In this document: piece by piece, positions 52,490 to 64,000 of the stretch
Position numbering within the stretch: the first letter of the stretch is position 1
Layout of the letters: each line of letters opens with the position of its first letter
Assembly: GCF_001194135.2 (NCBI RefSeq)
Contig: NC_068996.1
Coordinates: forward strand, 52,187,445-52,251,444
Origin: Octopus bimaculoides
Taxonomy: Eukaryota
DNA: 64,000 nt
Direction of reading: 5' to 3'
Made by a program: the position numbers and the translations under genes
Notes under the pieces: model-generated
The model's database searches: none
What the model was told of the DNA's origin: nothing
Seen by the model: the letters and a program-made list of their open reading frames with translations, nothing else

Positions 52490-53985
52490 CAGTGGCAGAC
52501 AACAAGGGAAGCAACGCGAGCTGTTGCATCCCTTTCCTTGTAATATTTTCACATTTTTTTCCGATAAAAATGCCTCAAAGACGATTTTTTTCTAGTAAGA
52601 GCTGATAACGAATAGTTTTTAGATGCTAATAAATACTTATACACTTAGATTAAGTTTCTGTCAATTTGCAATATCTATGATATATATAATCTTACATTGT
52701 TATGTTACACTTACGTAGGAAAAGGGAAGCAAGTTGACATTTTGCTTCCACCAGAAAAACAGTGAAAAGATAACGTGTAGTTTTCTTCGTTTATTCAACT
52801 AATATTTTACACTTTTTCAAATTACAGAACAACCTTAATATAAAATGGAAGCAAACAGTGATTGTGTTTCAAGTCAATGTAACTGCATAATTGAAAGTTT
52901 GTTGAGTAATAAGTTTTCTTCATGAACTTACGCTAAAAATGTATGTACTGTTCAAAGTGGTAGACGAATTCCTGATGTTTCTTTAAGGAGTAAAGCAAAA
53001 AAATTGTATTCGAAAGTTTAGCAAAGTGCAATATGAGAAGACAAAGTTAACAGCTTGTTCTAGCTTCAATAAATTTTACTGTTGGCCCTGCCTGTTATTT
53101 AACAACGAAAGATATACGTGGAATTCATATGGATATTGATTTTTTATTAAACAGCCAACATCAAAAAAATATAGAACTCATAATGAAAAAGTAAAGATAA
53201 AATAGGGAGATCTTAAGACGATTAATTGATGTAGTTTGTTTTTTAAGTGAACAGCAACTAGCATTCAGAGATGATGAATCAGCTGATTCTGGTAGTAAGG
53301 GCAATTACGTAGAAATACTCCACCTCTGTAAGAAATACGATCCTATATTATTATCACATTTGCAAGAGGCAGGCGTTTTTACTAGCACTTCAAACAGATT
53401 TCAAAATGATTTAATAGTGTGGCTGAAGTTCTTTTAGATAAGATTAAATGGGGAAATTAATGATTCAACATCTGTGGCTATTATTTTAGGTGAAGCAACT
53501 GAAATTAGAACTGTAGCATAGCTTTCATTTGTAGCAAGATATGTTATAAGTGACGGTAATATTGCAGAAAGATTTTTAGGATTTTTAAACGTAAGTTCTG
53601 ATCGTATGGCAAGTAGTTTGTCAAAAATTGTTCGATAAAATAGAAGATTTAAAAATTGGTCGTAAGTTTGTGGCTCAAACTTATGACGGTGCAAGTGTAA
53701 TGTCAAACAAATTAAATGGTTTGCAAAGAAGACTTGAAGAAAAGTATCCTCATGCTATTTTTGTTCATTGTGTGGCCCATAGATTAAATCTAGTTCTGTC
53801 TCAAGCGGCTGCAAATATTCAAGAAGGTTATAAGTTTGTTTTTGGGGTTTTTTTTTTTTGCATCTATTAGATATTGAAATTAAAAAGCGTTTTCCAAAAG
53901 TGACGCTAACTCGCTGGAACTTGAATCGTTCATTGGTAGAAACAGTTCGTGAATATCATGAGCAACTTGCTGATTTATTCCTAAA
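52490..53985 (+). mobile_element. Decayed hAT transposon (ZMYM1/DUF4371-type transposase), right end lost
   Basis: CAGTGGC left end with subterminal GGGAAGCAA hairpins; LRRLIDVVCFL..QQLAF, GNY.E.L, ERFLGF, AQTYDGASVMS, FVHCVAHRLNLVL motifs with frameshifts. Confidence 0.88.
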
Positions 53986-54107
53986 CATCATTGACTGTAT
54001 GACTTTATGATTAGAGTGGTAATCATGTATCATGCCTCACCAGATATTTTGAGCATTTTTGCAATTGTCCCTGATGGACCTACAGTTTATCTTCATGTCT
54101 TTGATTG

Positions 54108-55095
54108 TATGTGCGTGTGGATAGGGGCTGGTGACCTTGAAGTGTGCATGTGTAGGTGTGGATAATGGTGTGCGTGCTGGGAAGTTGTCAATGCTAGTGA
54201 GTGTATGAGGGGGTGATGTGGTGGGGTTGGGGTGGGGTATGTGGGAGTGAAATGGGGCGAGGTGGGAAGGGATGTATAAGGATGGTGGGGTTGGAATGTG
54301 TAGGGGTGGGGTAACAATGAAGGGAGAAGGTGGGTAGGAGTGAAGAGCGGAAGTAGGTGTCAGAGCAAGAGAGGAGAGGAGAAGTGGGTGGGAGTGAAAG
54401 GAGGAAGTAGGTTTGAGAGAAAGAGAGGAGAGAGGAGGGAGGTTAGATGAAGAGGGGAGGAGAGTTGAGCCCATGTGGCGCAAAGGAGCAAATAGAGAAG
54501 ATTAATTCCTGTTCATGGCGAAGACAGGAGTTCGGATGGCCCCTATGCAAAGACAATCCGAACACAGACAGGTGTTGTAAAGAATGACCAGTGGAGCAGA
54601 AATGGTGCGGCGAGCTGACAGAAACGTTAGCACACAGGGCGAAATGCTTAGCGATATTTCGTCTGCCGCTACATTCTGAGTTCAAATTCCCCCGAGGTCA
54701 ACTTTCCCTTTCATCCTTTCTGGGTCGATAAATTAAGTACCAGTTACGCACTGGGGTCGATGTAATCGACTTAATCCCTTTGTCTGTCCTTGTTTGTCCC
54801 TTCTATGTTTAGCCCCTTGTGGGTGATAAAGAAATTAGAAATGGTGCGAGACCGGGGTTTCATTGCCGAGTCTGATGTCTCAGAGGTGTTCTGCAAACCA
54901 GTCAGCCAAGCGGCGTCCTGTCTGGCTGATGTACAGAGAAGGACAGAGAGAGCACGAGATGCAGTAGATGACATTGCTAGAAGTGTAAGTGAAGGAGTCA
55001 GTGATATGATAGGGTCGATGATGGGTGTCTGTGAGGAGGGTGGTGTTGGAGAGGTAAGGGCAAGTGCGACAGCATGAACGAGAGCAGGGGAACAA
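54108..55095 (-). mobile_element. Penelope-like element 3' part (GIY-YIG), interrupted by a SINE
   Basis: FTYTSSNVIYCISCSLCPSLYISQTGRRLADWFAEHL, then HF|CSTGHSLQHLSV...EQELIF...APHGLN, then a purine/pyrimidine-biased tail. Confidence 0.88.
54610..54836 (+). mobile_element. Full-length tRNA-derived SINE (family B) with 12-bp target-site duplication
   Basis: AGAAATGGTGCG at 54598-54609 and 54837-54848; internal GAGTTCAAATTC box-B-like motif and GCCTTTCATCCTT-type core. Confidence 0.9.
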
Positions 55096-56505
55096 GCCAG
55101 ATTAGGTTAGGGAAGAAACTGTGGACCACATAGGTATAAATTCTCCTGGGAAGGTGACATTGATGGGGTAGTTGGTGTGGGCATGCTTCTTGCAGAGAAA
55201 TGGGTGTATAAGGTTATAAAGGTGGTTAGAGTGTGCAATAAAGTACTTAAACTCAGGTTAGTCTTGCAGAATAGTATAGCTACCTTTATCTCTGCCTATG
55301 CCCCACAAGTATGCCTACCAAATGAACAGAAGCATCACTTTTATGATATTCTTCTGCAGGCTACCTCAAAGATGAAAGACAATGATCTCATCTATGTGGT
55401 TGGGGATTGCAATGAGTATGTCGGGCAACAGTCAGGTATTTTCCATGGTGTACATGGTGACCATGGAATTGGTTTCTGAAATGAAGAAGGGACAAGGCTG
55501 CTGGAGTTCTTTGATGCAAATAAACTATTGATCTGCAACACCGACTTCAAGAAGCCAACCAGCCACTTGATAACCTACCAATCAGGTGACCACACTAACC
55601 AGATTGATTACATTCCCACCAGACAGTGGGATATATGGTTACTCATAAATACAAAGACCTTCCCTGGTGAAGAATGTATCCACCAGCAGAGATTGTCATA
55701 AGTGACTTTAGACTTCAGGCTGGAAAGATGCCAAGAATCAAACCAATCTGGAAAAGAAGGATTTGGAAGTTTAAGGAACCTTTATATGGTCAGAGATTTA
55801 GGGACACCTTAATTGAGAAATTTGATGAGATGGAGGAGGAACTACAGACTTGTAACATAGAGGGCAACTGAGAATTCCTGCGGGACAGCCTGTTGAGTGC
55901 CACAGACTAAATCTGTGGCTAGTACAAAGTCCCATCCAGACCTAGGGTGATGTAGTAGTGGAACGATGATGTAGACAAGGCCACTGGAGCAAAGAAACAG
56001 ACCTGGAAGGACTGGAAGTGTTGGGGTAGCAGGAAACTGTATCAGATAGTCAGAAGAGATGCTAGGTGATAGTTATATCTAGCCAGGGGAGAAGCACAAA
56101 AGAAGAAGTTTGCCTAAGACCTGTGACATGAGGACCAGAGACTTGAAGCATTTTGGATTGCAAAACAGTGTGAGAGAAAATCATGATGTCATAGGAGAGA
56201 AATATGTCTGCATGGATGATGGTGCCCTTGCATGTAATGATTCTGCAAAGAAAGAGGTTTGAAAATGCCATTATGAAAGGCTGCTAAACATGGAGAATGA
56301 ATGGGAGAAGGAGAGTCTGCCAAATGTTGACCCAATTGAGGGACCAGCTATCCAAATTGACAGTACCTTGATAGATAAAGCAATTAAGGATATCAAGACA
56401 GAGAAAGCCTCCAGCCCATCAGGGATCACCACTGAGATGCTTAAAATATCTGGTGGAGTAAGGTATAGTCTAGTCATCCATATAGTTAATCAGGTTGTCC
56501 ATGAG
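55096..56505 (+). mobile_element. RTE LINE fragment (AP endonuclease to pre-RT region)
   Basis: GVGMLL, ISAYAPQ, VGDCN..VG, QIDYI, GPAI..., PSGITTEMLKISG motifs; many stops. Confidence 0.9.
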
Positions 56506-56539
56506 GTTAAGAGAGAAAATAGTTCTTGTGTGTGGAAGG

Positions 56540-57032
56540 TGCACCAATTGTACTGCACTCAATAGATTCCAGATCCAAGTGAATTGCAGGTTCCAAGTAA
56601 GGTGAATGATAAACGGATAATAACAGAGAGATTGTGATACACTACAACTGTCTCAGGCATGTTTTTAATTGATGAGCAGATGTGTTACATCATGCAAAAA
56701 AAAGAAAGAAAACGTTTCCATTATGTGAATACACGTAAGAATTAAACATTTTGAACATCTCAAGAACAAGTACAAAGTGCCATTTCGACTCTGGTTGGTA
56801 GAGTCAAAAATAGCACTTTGTGTTGGAATTGTGATGTTCAAAATGTTTAATTCTTACATGAATTCACCTGATGAAAATGGTTTTTTTCACTTCTATTCAT
56901 CAATAAAAAACATGTTTGAAATAGCTGTAGTGAACCACAATCCATCTGTTGTTATTTGTTTATCATTCACCTTACTTGGAACCTGCAGTTCACAAGGGTC
57001 TGGAGTCTATTAAATGCAGTACAATTGGTGCA
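56540..57032. repeat. 493-bp fold-back palindrome, 7-nt loop
   Basis: TGCACCAATTGTACTGCA...GACTCT [GGTTGGT] AGAGTC...TGCAGTACAATTGGTGCA; arms imperfect with indels. Confidence 0.92.
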
Positions 57033-57486
57033 GTGTTTGTACCTATGTGCAGCCTTGGGACTCGTTGCTTATTCAGTCAGCCATTTGTGATTGTACATAC
57101 AACTGGAATATAAATCTCTGTTTACTGTAGTATGTATTTTTCTTCACATATTGTTTGTATGCACTGACCCAACCATTGTGCTTTACTATCTAAGGACCTG
57201 ACTTGCTTGAATCTTGAATTTGTATATATGCGTATATGTATGTATGTGTGTGTATGTGTGTGTATACACATATACATATGTTAAATAAAATGACACAGCC
57301 TTAGCTTTGTTGTTTCATTTTACTTAACACATACATGCTCACACAAGACCCACATTAGACTCCTCACTCGTATTATTATCGAACTGGGAGTCTAACTACA
57401 GACCTCCCATAGCACTTACAGAGCCTTTCCTGCCATCTTGGGTCTTATGGATACCAACAACTCTCATATATATTATTACCTAATAA

Positions 57487-57524
<38 letters not shown>

Positions 57525-57727
57525 NNNNNNNNNNNNNNNNNNNNNNNNNNNNNNNNNNNNNNNNNNNNNNNNNNNNNNNNNNNNNNNNNNNNNNNNNNNN
57601 NNNNNNNNNNNNNNNNNNNNNNNNNNNNNNNNNNNNNNNNNNNNNNNNNNNNNNNNNNNNNNNNNNNNNNNNNNNNNNNNNNNNNNNNNNNNNNNNNNNN
57701 NNNNNNNNNNNNNNNNNNNNNNNNNNN

Positions 57728-57789
<62 letters not shown>

Positions 57790-58149
57790 CCTTTCCATAT
57801 CTTCTTTGTTTACCACCTCTATTCCTATTAATCTTCCTCTTTCTCTATCCTTATAGCTTTTTACTCTCACTCTTATCCTTATCTTTCTCCTTGCTCTTTC
57901 AATTAATGTTTTGACTTGCCCCTACACACTCTGTTATTTCCACCCACATTCTTTTCAGCACTGTCTCTCCACCCCTTCACTCTACCATCTCTTTTGAATT
58001 GCTTTCATTAAAAATAAGCATTTACAAAGTTTTTCTTTGAGATATTTGGGGAATGTTTGTGAAAAACTTTACTCTATTTCTTTTTATCATATCAAATTAC
58101 AAGAGAATAATACAATATGCATATTGTACTATTTGTTTCCACATTAGCA

Positions 58150-59000
58150 ATTTTCAATTCAGCATGAGTCATCCAAAAAAATATGTGACTGAAACAGAAT
58201 GGTTGACAACAAAGGGAGAGAAAGGTAACTGAATGATAGAATACCAGAGCAAAATGACTGAAATACATGTCTGAATATGTATATAGGCATAGAGAGTATA
58301 ATTCTGCTTTTGCTGCACGTGACAGACTGGTTAGGGTATCTCAAGAACAGAATAATCTACTTCAAACAAAACAATACAATGAGCCAGTTTTGACTGTCTG
58401 TGAATAATCAGGTGCCAATTGATATTCATCATCAAACAGGCAGAATATGCAGACAAATATCTCACACAAATAATGATGAGGTTCAAACTGAAACAGCAGT
58501 GCAAACAGAGTGCTGAAAGATCAAACCAAAAATGTACAGTAGGAGAATAGAAGAAAAAAATCTTCCATACCAGAAACATGTTTATTAAAAGGTTTAGCAA
58601 TGCTAATTTTAACAACTTTCAAGAATAGGCTGTCCTCTCTGTTATCCAGCTACATTATGCAGGGAGACTCTTTGACAATGTCTGTTTACACTGCAAATCC
58701 TACAGATGGCCTTCTGAATCGAAAATTCTGTGTTGCTTTGAGGGGAAGGTAAAATTGGACAAACTGCATCCTCCTCTGCCAAATATTCTTTAGTATTTTG
58801 ATGGTGATCAGACAGGAAACAATTTCCTGGAAAATATACATTCAAATAACAATGTGCAAGCATTAGCAAACCTGGCTGGGTTGCAGAGAAATGAGGACCC
58901 CACTGCATTTCATATGGGTCCACAATTTGCACTATGTACACCATATGGAATCTCTATGTACACTACATGGAATCTCTATCTACACCTTTTCCACATACAA
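58150..59000 (+). mobile_element. Decayed Helitron Rep N-terminal region
   Basis: 58674 onward reads NVCLHCKSYRWPSESKILCCFEGKVKLDKLHPPLPNIL*...FLENIHSNN, matching the C..C...W..E....CC..GKV.L and FL.NIR.YN Helitron motifs. Confidence 0.72.
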
Positions 59001-59289
59001 ATAGGACATTTTCCAAAATGGATTAGCATTCTGTCTATTTATCTGCTTACTAGAATTTTGGCTCTTCCTTGTTAAGTTAACTTTAATTTTTTGATTCCAA
59101 ACATAGAATTTATTTTATAATTCTACAACATATTCATCAGCACAGAGGAGCTCCTATGGGCAACTGGTTTTTTACATCCTCTGTTATGGTTTAGAGGACT
59201 CTGATAAACACAAGAGCACTGAGAAACGAGCCTTGCACACTAGATTTATTGCTGTAATCATTACTATTACCTTATTGAAATCTCCTCTG

Positions 59290-59620
59290 CACATAGCCTG
59301 GATAGCTCTAGCTTCCACAACAACCACCAGATTTGAGAGTAAAGGACTTTGTTGAAAGCTTTCTCCAGGTTGATGAAAGCCAAGTAAAAAGGTTCACTTC
59401 TGGTTAAATACTTCTCTTGCAATTGCCTTGCTAGAGAGCATCAGTGGTACTTCTCCCCCAGCATGAAACCAAGCTGCATCTAGTCGAGTTTAACTCTCTT
59501 CCTAATCAGTTGAGCTATAACTGTTTCTGTAACTTTTACAACTGAGTCAAACAATTTTTTGATTCTCTTTTAAGCATTCTCTTTATCCATTTCTATAACG
59601 CTGCTGCACTAGTCACTGAC
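59290..59620 (-). mobile_element. RTE LINE fragment (start of RT)
   Basis: Homologous to 21.4-21.7 kb: D.CSS, Q.GF, QLQEKYL, LAFI.LEKAF.KV. Confidence 0.75.
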
Positions 59621-59854
59621 GCAATCATACATAAAGATACAGAAATACACACGTATCTAACTATAATATTTACTAGAAAAAATGAAAATTCTATTGTAGT
59701 AAAAAGGAATGTGTGCAGATACTTGAGCTAAGATTCAGTGTTACCAGCTACATTCCATGTATAGCTTTTAAAATTTCATGAATTCACATCTTGTAAGATA
59801 AAATCTCCCAATATGATTCGATGATTTAAAATATTTCCTTTAAAGTCTATGGAC

Positions 59855-59936
59855 TTAGAAGACGTCTTTGAGTATTTGATTTGTAGCACTAATTATTTCT
59901 AGCTTTTTCTTTTTCTTGATATAATCCTGAGTGAAC
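59855..59936 (-). CDS. Candidate terminal coding exon of an unidentified - strand gene
   Basis: TGTTTAATG-T7-CAG acceptor; reads FTQDYIKKKKKLEIISATNQILKDVF*. No homology recognised. Confidence 0.3.
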
Positions 59937-60901
59937 CTGAAAAAAACATTAAACATTACAATTAATTATTTGGATAATATTTATTTTCCTTAATTTTCTT
60001 TTGAGCCATGTATTATACTTATTTCTATGCACAAACATTATTACAAGTCAACTAGCTAAAAAATGTCAACTAAAATCTATTTCTGTATTTTTGAAATATT
60101 TACATTGAAATGTAATTGGAAAAATAAAATTTACATATGATGGCTCAGGCTATTGGATGTATATTATACATGGTTGGTTACAATGTACTTCCTTGCATTG
60201 TTGTAGTTTTAGAATGATGTCACCCTGCTGGCCAGGTAAGCAGGCCAGCATTTCCCCTAAATAGAACACTAGTTCATCACAGGGTGACACAGTTACAGCT
60301 GAGTGGACTGGAGCAGCATGAAAGGAAGTGTTTTGCTCAAGAACACAATGTACTCTTTTGGTTTGGGAATCAAAACCATAATCTTGCAATCATGAGTGCA
60401 ACACCCTAACCAATAAATCATTCATGAGTGTAATCATGGGAAAATAGCTTATTCAATTTCGTTTTTGTATTTGGTTTGCAAGATTCTTTATATGAATCTG
60501 TGTGTTGAAGCATATTTTATTGTCTGGGGAGAGTCATTCTCTTTTAGTGCCTTATTAATTTAACTCACTCACCGGTTTGATTTCCATTCATTAACTTATT
60601 TATTTTTCTAACATTTTCATTGCGTCTTGCAACTTTTTTAATAGCTTATTTAATTAAAACCATTCTTTCCAAAAAGTATATTTTTTAGCGTACAAGACCC
60701 ATTAATAAAACAATCTCAATATTTACTTTCTTCGTTATTGACCCTCCTTTAATTAAAATACACAAAGGAATGTAACTAATGAAAAATAACTTGCTTTTAA
60801 ATGTTTTCTACTAATAATTTAAATCACTTACATGTACTTCCTTGTACATATTTCATTTTAATGAATGAATGCATTTTCTTTTGTATGAATATAAACCGTA
60901 C

Positions 60902-60937
60902 CTTTGTAAGTAAGTTTTTTTCAAACAAATGAAATCT
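60902..60937 (-). CDS. Candidate 36-nt exon in frame with 59855-59936
   Basis: CTGAC branch-like motif and CTCCAG acceptor; donor AAG|GTACGG; reads DFICLKKTYLQ(R). An alternative acceptor at 61039 gives a closed 137-nt exon. Confidence 0.27.
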
Positions 60938-61496
60938 CTGGAGTGAAGCACAAAATGTCAGAAAGTAGGTAGGAAGGTACTATTGCATCAATATAGAGAC
61001 TATCACTTAAGGCAGTAAATTAACAGTCATTAGAGAATCTAAAAACATAAATGAAAAAATATAAAATTGCTTTGCATTCTTTATCCTACCACTTCATGTT
61101 CTATGTTCAAATCTTGAAAAGGTCAAAATAAGAACGTTTTCTAAGCAAAAGGGTTTCTTCTTCCCAGTGAAATTTCTGGGGAAGATGCTTTTGTATTACT
61201 ATAGAGATTAATATATGCATAAGAATTCTGCTTTTCAAATTCAATAGAAATTTTGACATTTAGCCCCTTGAACCCCATTTCAAACTGCTACATAGACAAC
61301 ATATATAAAAAGAGAAGTTAAGAGAAAATATCAAACATGCTCTTAACTATGCACAAACCAGGAGAGCAAACTTTTAATTTCCAATTTTTTTCTTATTTCC
61401 CAATTATTTTTTATTTCCTTGACTTTGAATTTTTAGTATTTGACAAGATGGACAGACACATTTAAACCGATAATATTTTATAAACATTTCTTATTT

Positions 61497-61727
61497 CTTT
61501 ATTGCCCACAAGGGGCTAAACATAGAGGGGACAAACAATGACAGACAAAGGGATTAAGTCGATTACATCGACCCCAGTGCGTAACTGGTACTTAATTTAT
61601 CGACCCCAAAAGGATGAAAGGCAAAGTCGACCACAGCGGAATTTGAACTCAGAATGTCACGACAGCAGACAAAATATCGCTAAGCATTTCGTCTGGTGTG
61701 CTAACGTTTCTGCCAGCTCGCCGCCTT
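61497..61727 (-). mobile_element. SINE family B copy
   Basis: Reverse complement of the 54610 copy. Other copies at about 18455-18668, 23050-23264, 23590-23800, 32215-32420 and 38460-38660 (all -). Confidence 0.88.
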
Positions 61728-61745
61728 TAATAAATATTTCTATTA

Positions 61746-61960
61746 AGGTGGTGAGCTGGCAGAAACGTTAGCATGCTGGGCAAAATGCTGAGCGGTATTT
61801 CATCTGTCTTTACGTTCTGAGTTCAAATTCCTTCGAGGTCGACTTTGCCTTTCATCCTTTTGGGGTTGATAAATTAGGTACCAGTTGTGTACTGGGGTCG
61901 ATCTAATCGACTGCCCCTCCCTCTCCAAAAAATTTCAGGCTTTGTACCGAGAGTAGAAAA
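61746..61960 (+). mobile_element. SINE family B copy (different tail variant)
   Basis: AGGTGGTGAGCTGGCAGAAACGTTAGC head; head-to-head with the preceding copy. Confidence 0.88.
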
Positions 61961-62159
61961 GAATGTTTTATAAAAGTCACAAAACGTAACAAATATAAAC
62001 GTGTTTATCCTGACTGATTAAAGGAAAAAGTAAAAAAAAGTCTTTAAACATGTATCCTTGTTGTTTCCACTTTTACTTTTTACCTCTCTCTTGATGTTAT
62101 CTAGAAGTAGATATATCTATTGATGAATGTACATATGCATACATATTTATGCATATATA

Positions 62160-63153
62160 TCTGTACGAATAGCCATGCTACATGGCAGTGAAACATGGGC
62201 TGTGACTGCTGAGGACATGTGTAAGCTTGCAAGGAATGAAGCCAGTATGCACCGATGGATGAGTAATGTCAGTGTGCATACCCGACAGAGTGTAAGTATC
62301 TTGAGAGAAAAGTTGAACATAAGAAGCATCAGCTGTGGTGTGCAAGAGAGACGGTTGCGCTGGTATGGACATGTGGCGAGAATGGACGAGGATAGCTGCG
62401 TGAAAAAGTGCCACACCCTAACAGTTGCGGGAACCCGTGGAAGAGGTAGGCCCAGGAAGACCTGGGCTGAGGTGGTGAGGCAAGACCTTCGAACATTGGG
62501 CCTCACCAAGGCGATGACTTCTGATCGAGACCTTTGGAAATATGCTTTGCGTGAGAAGACCCGGCAAGCCAAGTGAGACCTAAATCCAAGACCTCTGCCA
62601 GGGGGGTAGCCAGCCCACTTATGCATACCTTTCCTTCTTTGGACACTAAACTCCACTTGCAAAGACATGTTGAGGCAAGTAAAATCGAAATCGAACTAAA
62701 TTCGACGACTGGCACCCATGCCAACATCATCTCTTTCATTGGACATGAAACTCAGCTTGCGAAGACTTATTGGGGTAAGCGAAAGCGAAATCGGGATGGC
62801 ACCTGTGCCCAGCATCGCCTTTTTGGCACTTGTGCCCGTGATATGTGTAATGGACTTTCGAGCGAGATCGTTGCCAGTTCCCCTGGACTGGCTCTTGTGC
62901 GGGTGGCACATAAAGTACACCATTTGAGCGTGGCCGTTGCCAGTACCGCCTGACTGGCCTTCGTGCGGGTGGCACGTAAAAGCACCCACTACACTCTCAG
63001 AGTGGTTAGTGTTAGGAAGGGCATCCAGCTGTAGAAACTCTGCCAAATCAGATTGGAGCCTGGTGTAGCCATCCGGTTTCACCAGTCCTCGGTCAAATCG
63101 TCCAACCCATGCTAGCATGGAAAGCGGACGTTAAACGATGATGATGATGATGA
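62160..63153 (+). mobile_element. 5'-truncated, relatively young RTE LINE with full 3' UTR and (GAT)n tail
   Basis: Open C-terminus AMLHGSETW...RRLRWYGHVARM...GRGRPRKTW...*, followed by the dispersed family-C sequence and GATGAT tail. Confidence 0.92.
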
Positions 63154-63181
63154 TATCTGTATGTATATATACATATGTATT

Positions 63182-64000
63182 CAGAGTGTCCCAAAGTAAT
63201 GTATACACACATTGAATGATTATAAACTCAGTATTTATAGAAATACATTTCATTTTCAAAATTTAAGAGACTCTGACAGAATTAAAATTTTTATGAATGC
63301 CTATTTTCAAACTGATGACTCTTCTTGTCTGGGCACTGCTGCTAACATGATGAATGGAATCAAAAACATCAAGAAACATTGTTTGATATTTCTGTGCATT
63401 CTCTTTCAAAGACTGCTTTCAATTTATTGGCAGTTGCAGGTTTTGTACTGTAAACATTATTTTTAAAGAATTCCCATAAAAAAAAAGTTTAGCAATGTGA
63501 GGTCTTCTGAAGATGGAAGACATTCTAGTTGACCTCTTTGTTTGGCAAACTTTCTTTAATATAGTTTCTTATATCATTAATAAAATTCCACATCTTCAAA
63601 GTCACACCATAACTCCAGTAATTTAACATGACGTTCCTCCATAATATGCACATTCTCAGGCTTCCCATAGGTACAATTATGGTAGTTAATTAAGTCACTT
63701 AATTTCAATGTAGCCATATTATTCCAATCTTTGATGGAAAGTGAGCATCTTCTTCAAATTTTGCCAAGTACTATTTGTAAAAGTCTACACTTTGGTCTGG
63801 GTCATCTTTGAGAACATGAACTAATTTTGGAATGTTACTTTCCCAATGACAATGCTTCAAAATGCAATGAGCACTTGATTTTGAAATTCCTATTTCATGA
63901 CTTTCTTGCTGCATGGATTTTCATGAACTCTAGCAATACATTTCTAGTGCCCTTTCTTGCTTTGTAAGGCTTCCAGAACATTTTTTATGAACATTCTTGA
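63182..64000 (-). mobile_element. Decayed Tc1/mariner element, continues past the window end
   Basis: CAGAGTGTCCCAAAG terminus; minus frame IGISKSSAHCILK...PKLVH.L.DDPD....N.HNC.Y...EN.H resembles a DDD transposase. Confidence 0.72.

Noticed and set aside
56660-56720. Hammerhead core inside the 56.5 kb palindrome
   Set aside because: Both arms read TTGATGA rather than CTGATGA, and the GAAA box is disrupted.
57320-57450. Nested short stems (AAGACCCA/TGGGTCTT; TTAGACTCC/GGAGTCTAA) as a ribozyme
   Set aside because: No hammerhead or HDV catalytic core on either strand; stems this short are expected by chance.
61145-61290. Minus-strand open stretch QFEMGFKGLNVKISIEFEKQ... after a TAG/CAG acceptor
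   Set aside because: It runs into a stop, and its only internal donor is out of phase with the 36-nt exon candidate. It may be repeat-derived.

Overview
AT-rich, microsatellite- and transposon-dense eukaryotic DNA with many N gaps. The SINE families, RTE LINEs and (TA)n/(CA)n/(GAT)n load suggest a coleoid cephalopod, most likely Octopus (inference from repeat content, not verified). Two protein-coding genes are well supported. (1) The last 10 exons (557-25349, + strand) of a WD40-repeat gene of the WDR49/WDR95/WDR64/WDY-like group; all splice phases join into one open frame if the last intron is GC-AG. (2) A complete 495-aa BTB-BACK-PHR gene (BTBD3/BTBD6-like) on the - strand, convergent with it (CDS 33944-33487 joined to 31969-30940). 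A repeat-poor, CpG-retaining stretch at about 42.0-46.4 kb looks like a promoter region, possibly bidirectional. Weaker candidate exons lie at 50.3 kb (+) and 59.9-61.0 kb (-). The rest is decayed RTE and CR1-like LINEs, Penelope-like elements, Tc1/mariner, hAT, Helitron, piggyBac-type MITEs and at least three SINE families. The most unusual signal is a set of six fold-back palindromes (12.9, 37.2, 49.0, 49.6, 56.5 and 61.6 kb). Two have a short hairpin next to the inversion junction, and one carries a hammerhead-ribozyme-like core. I cannot show that these form a functional system; transposon-driven template switching is the null explanation.
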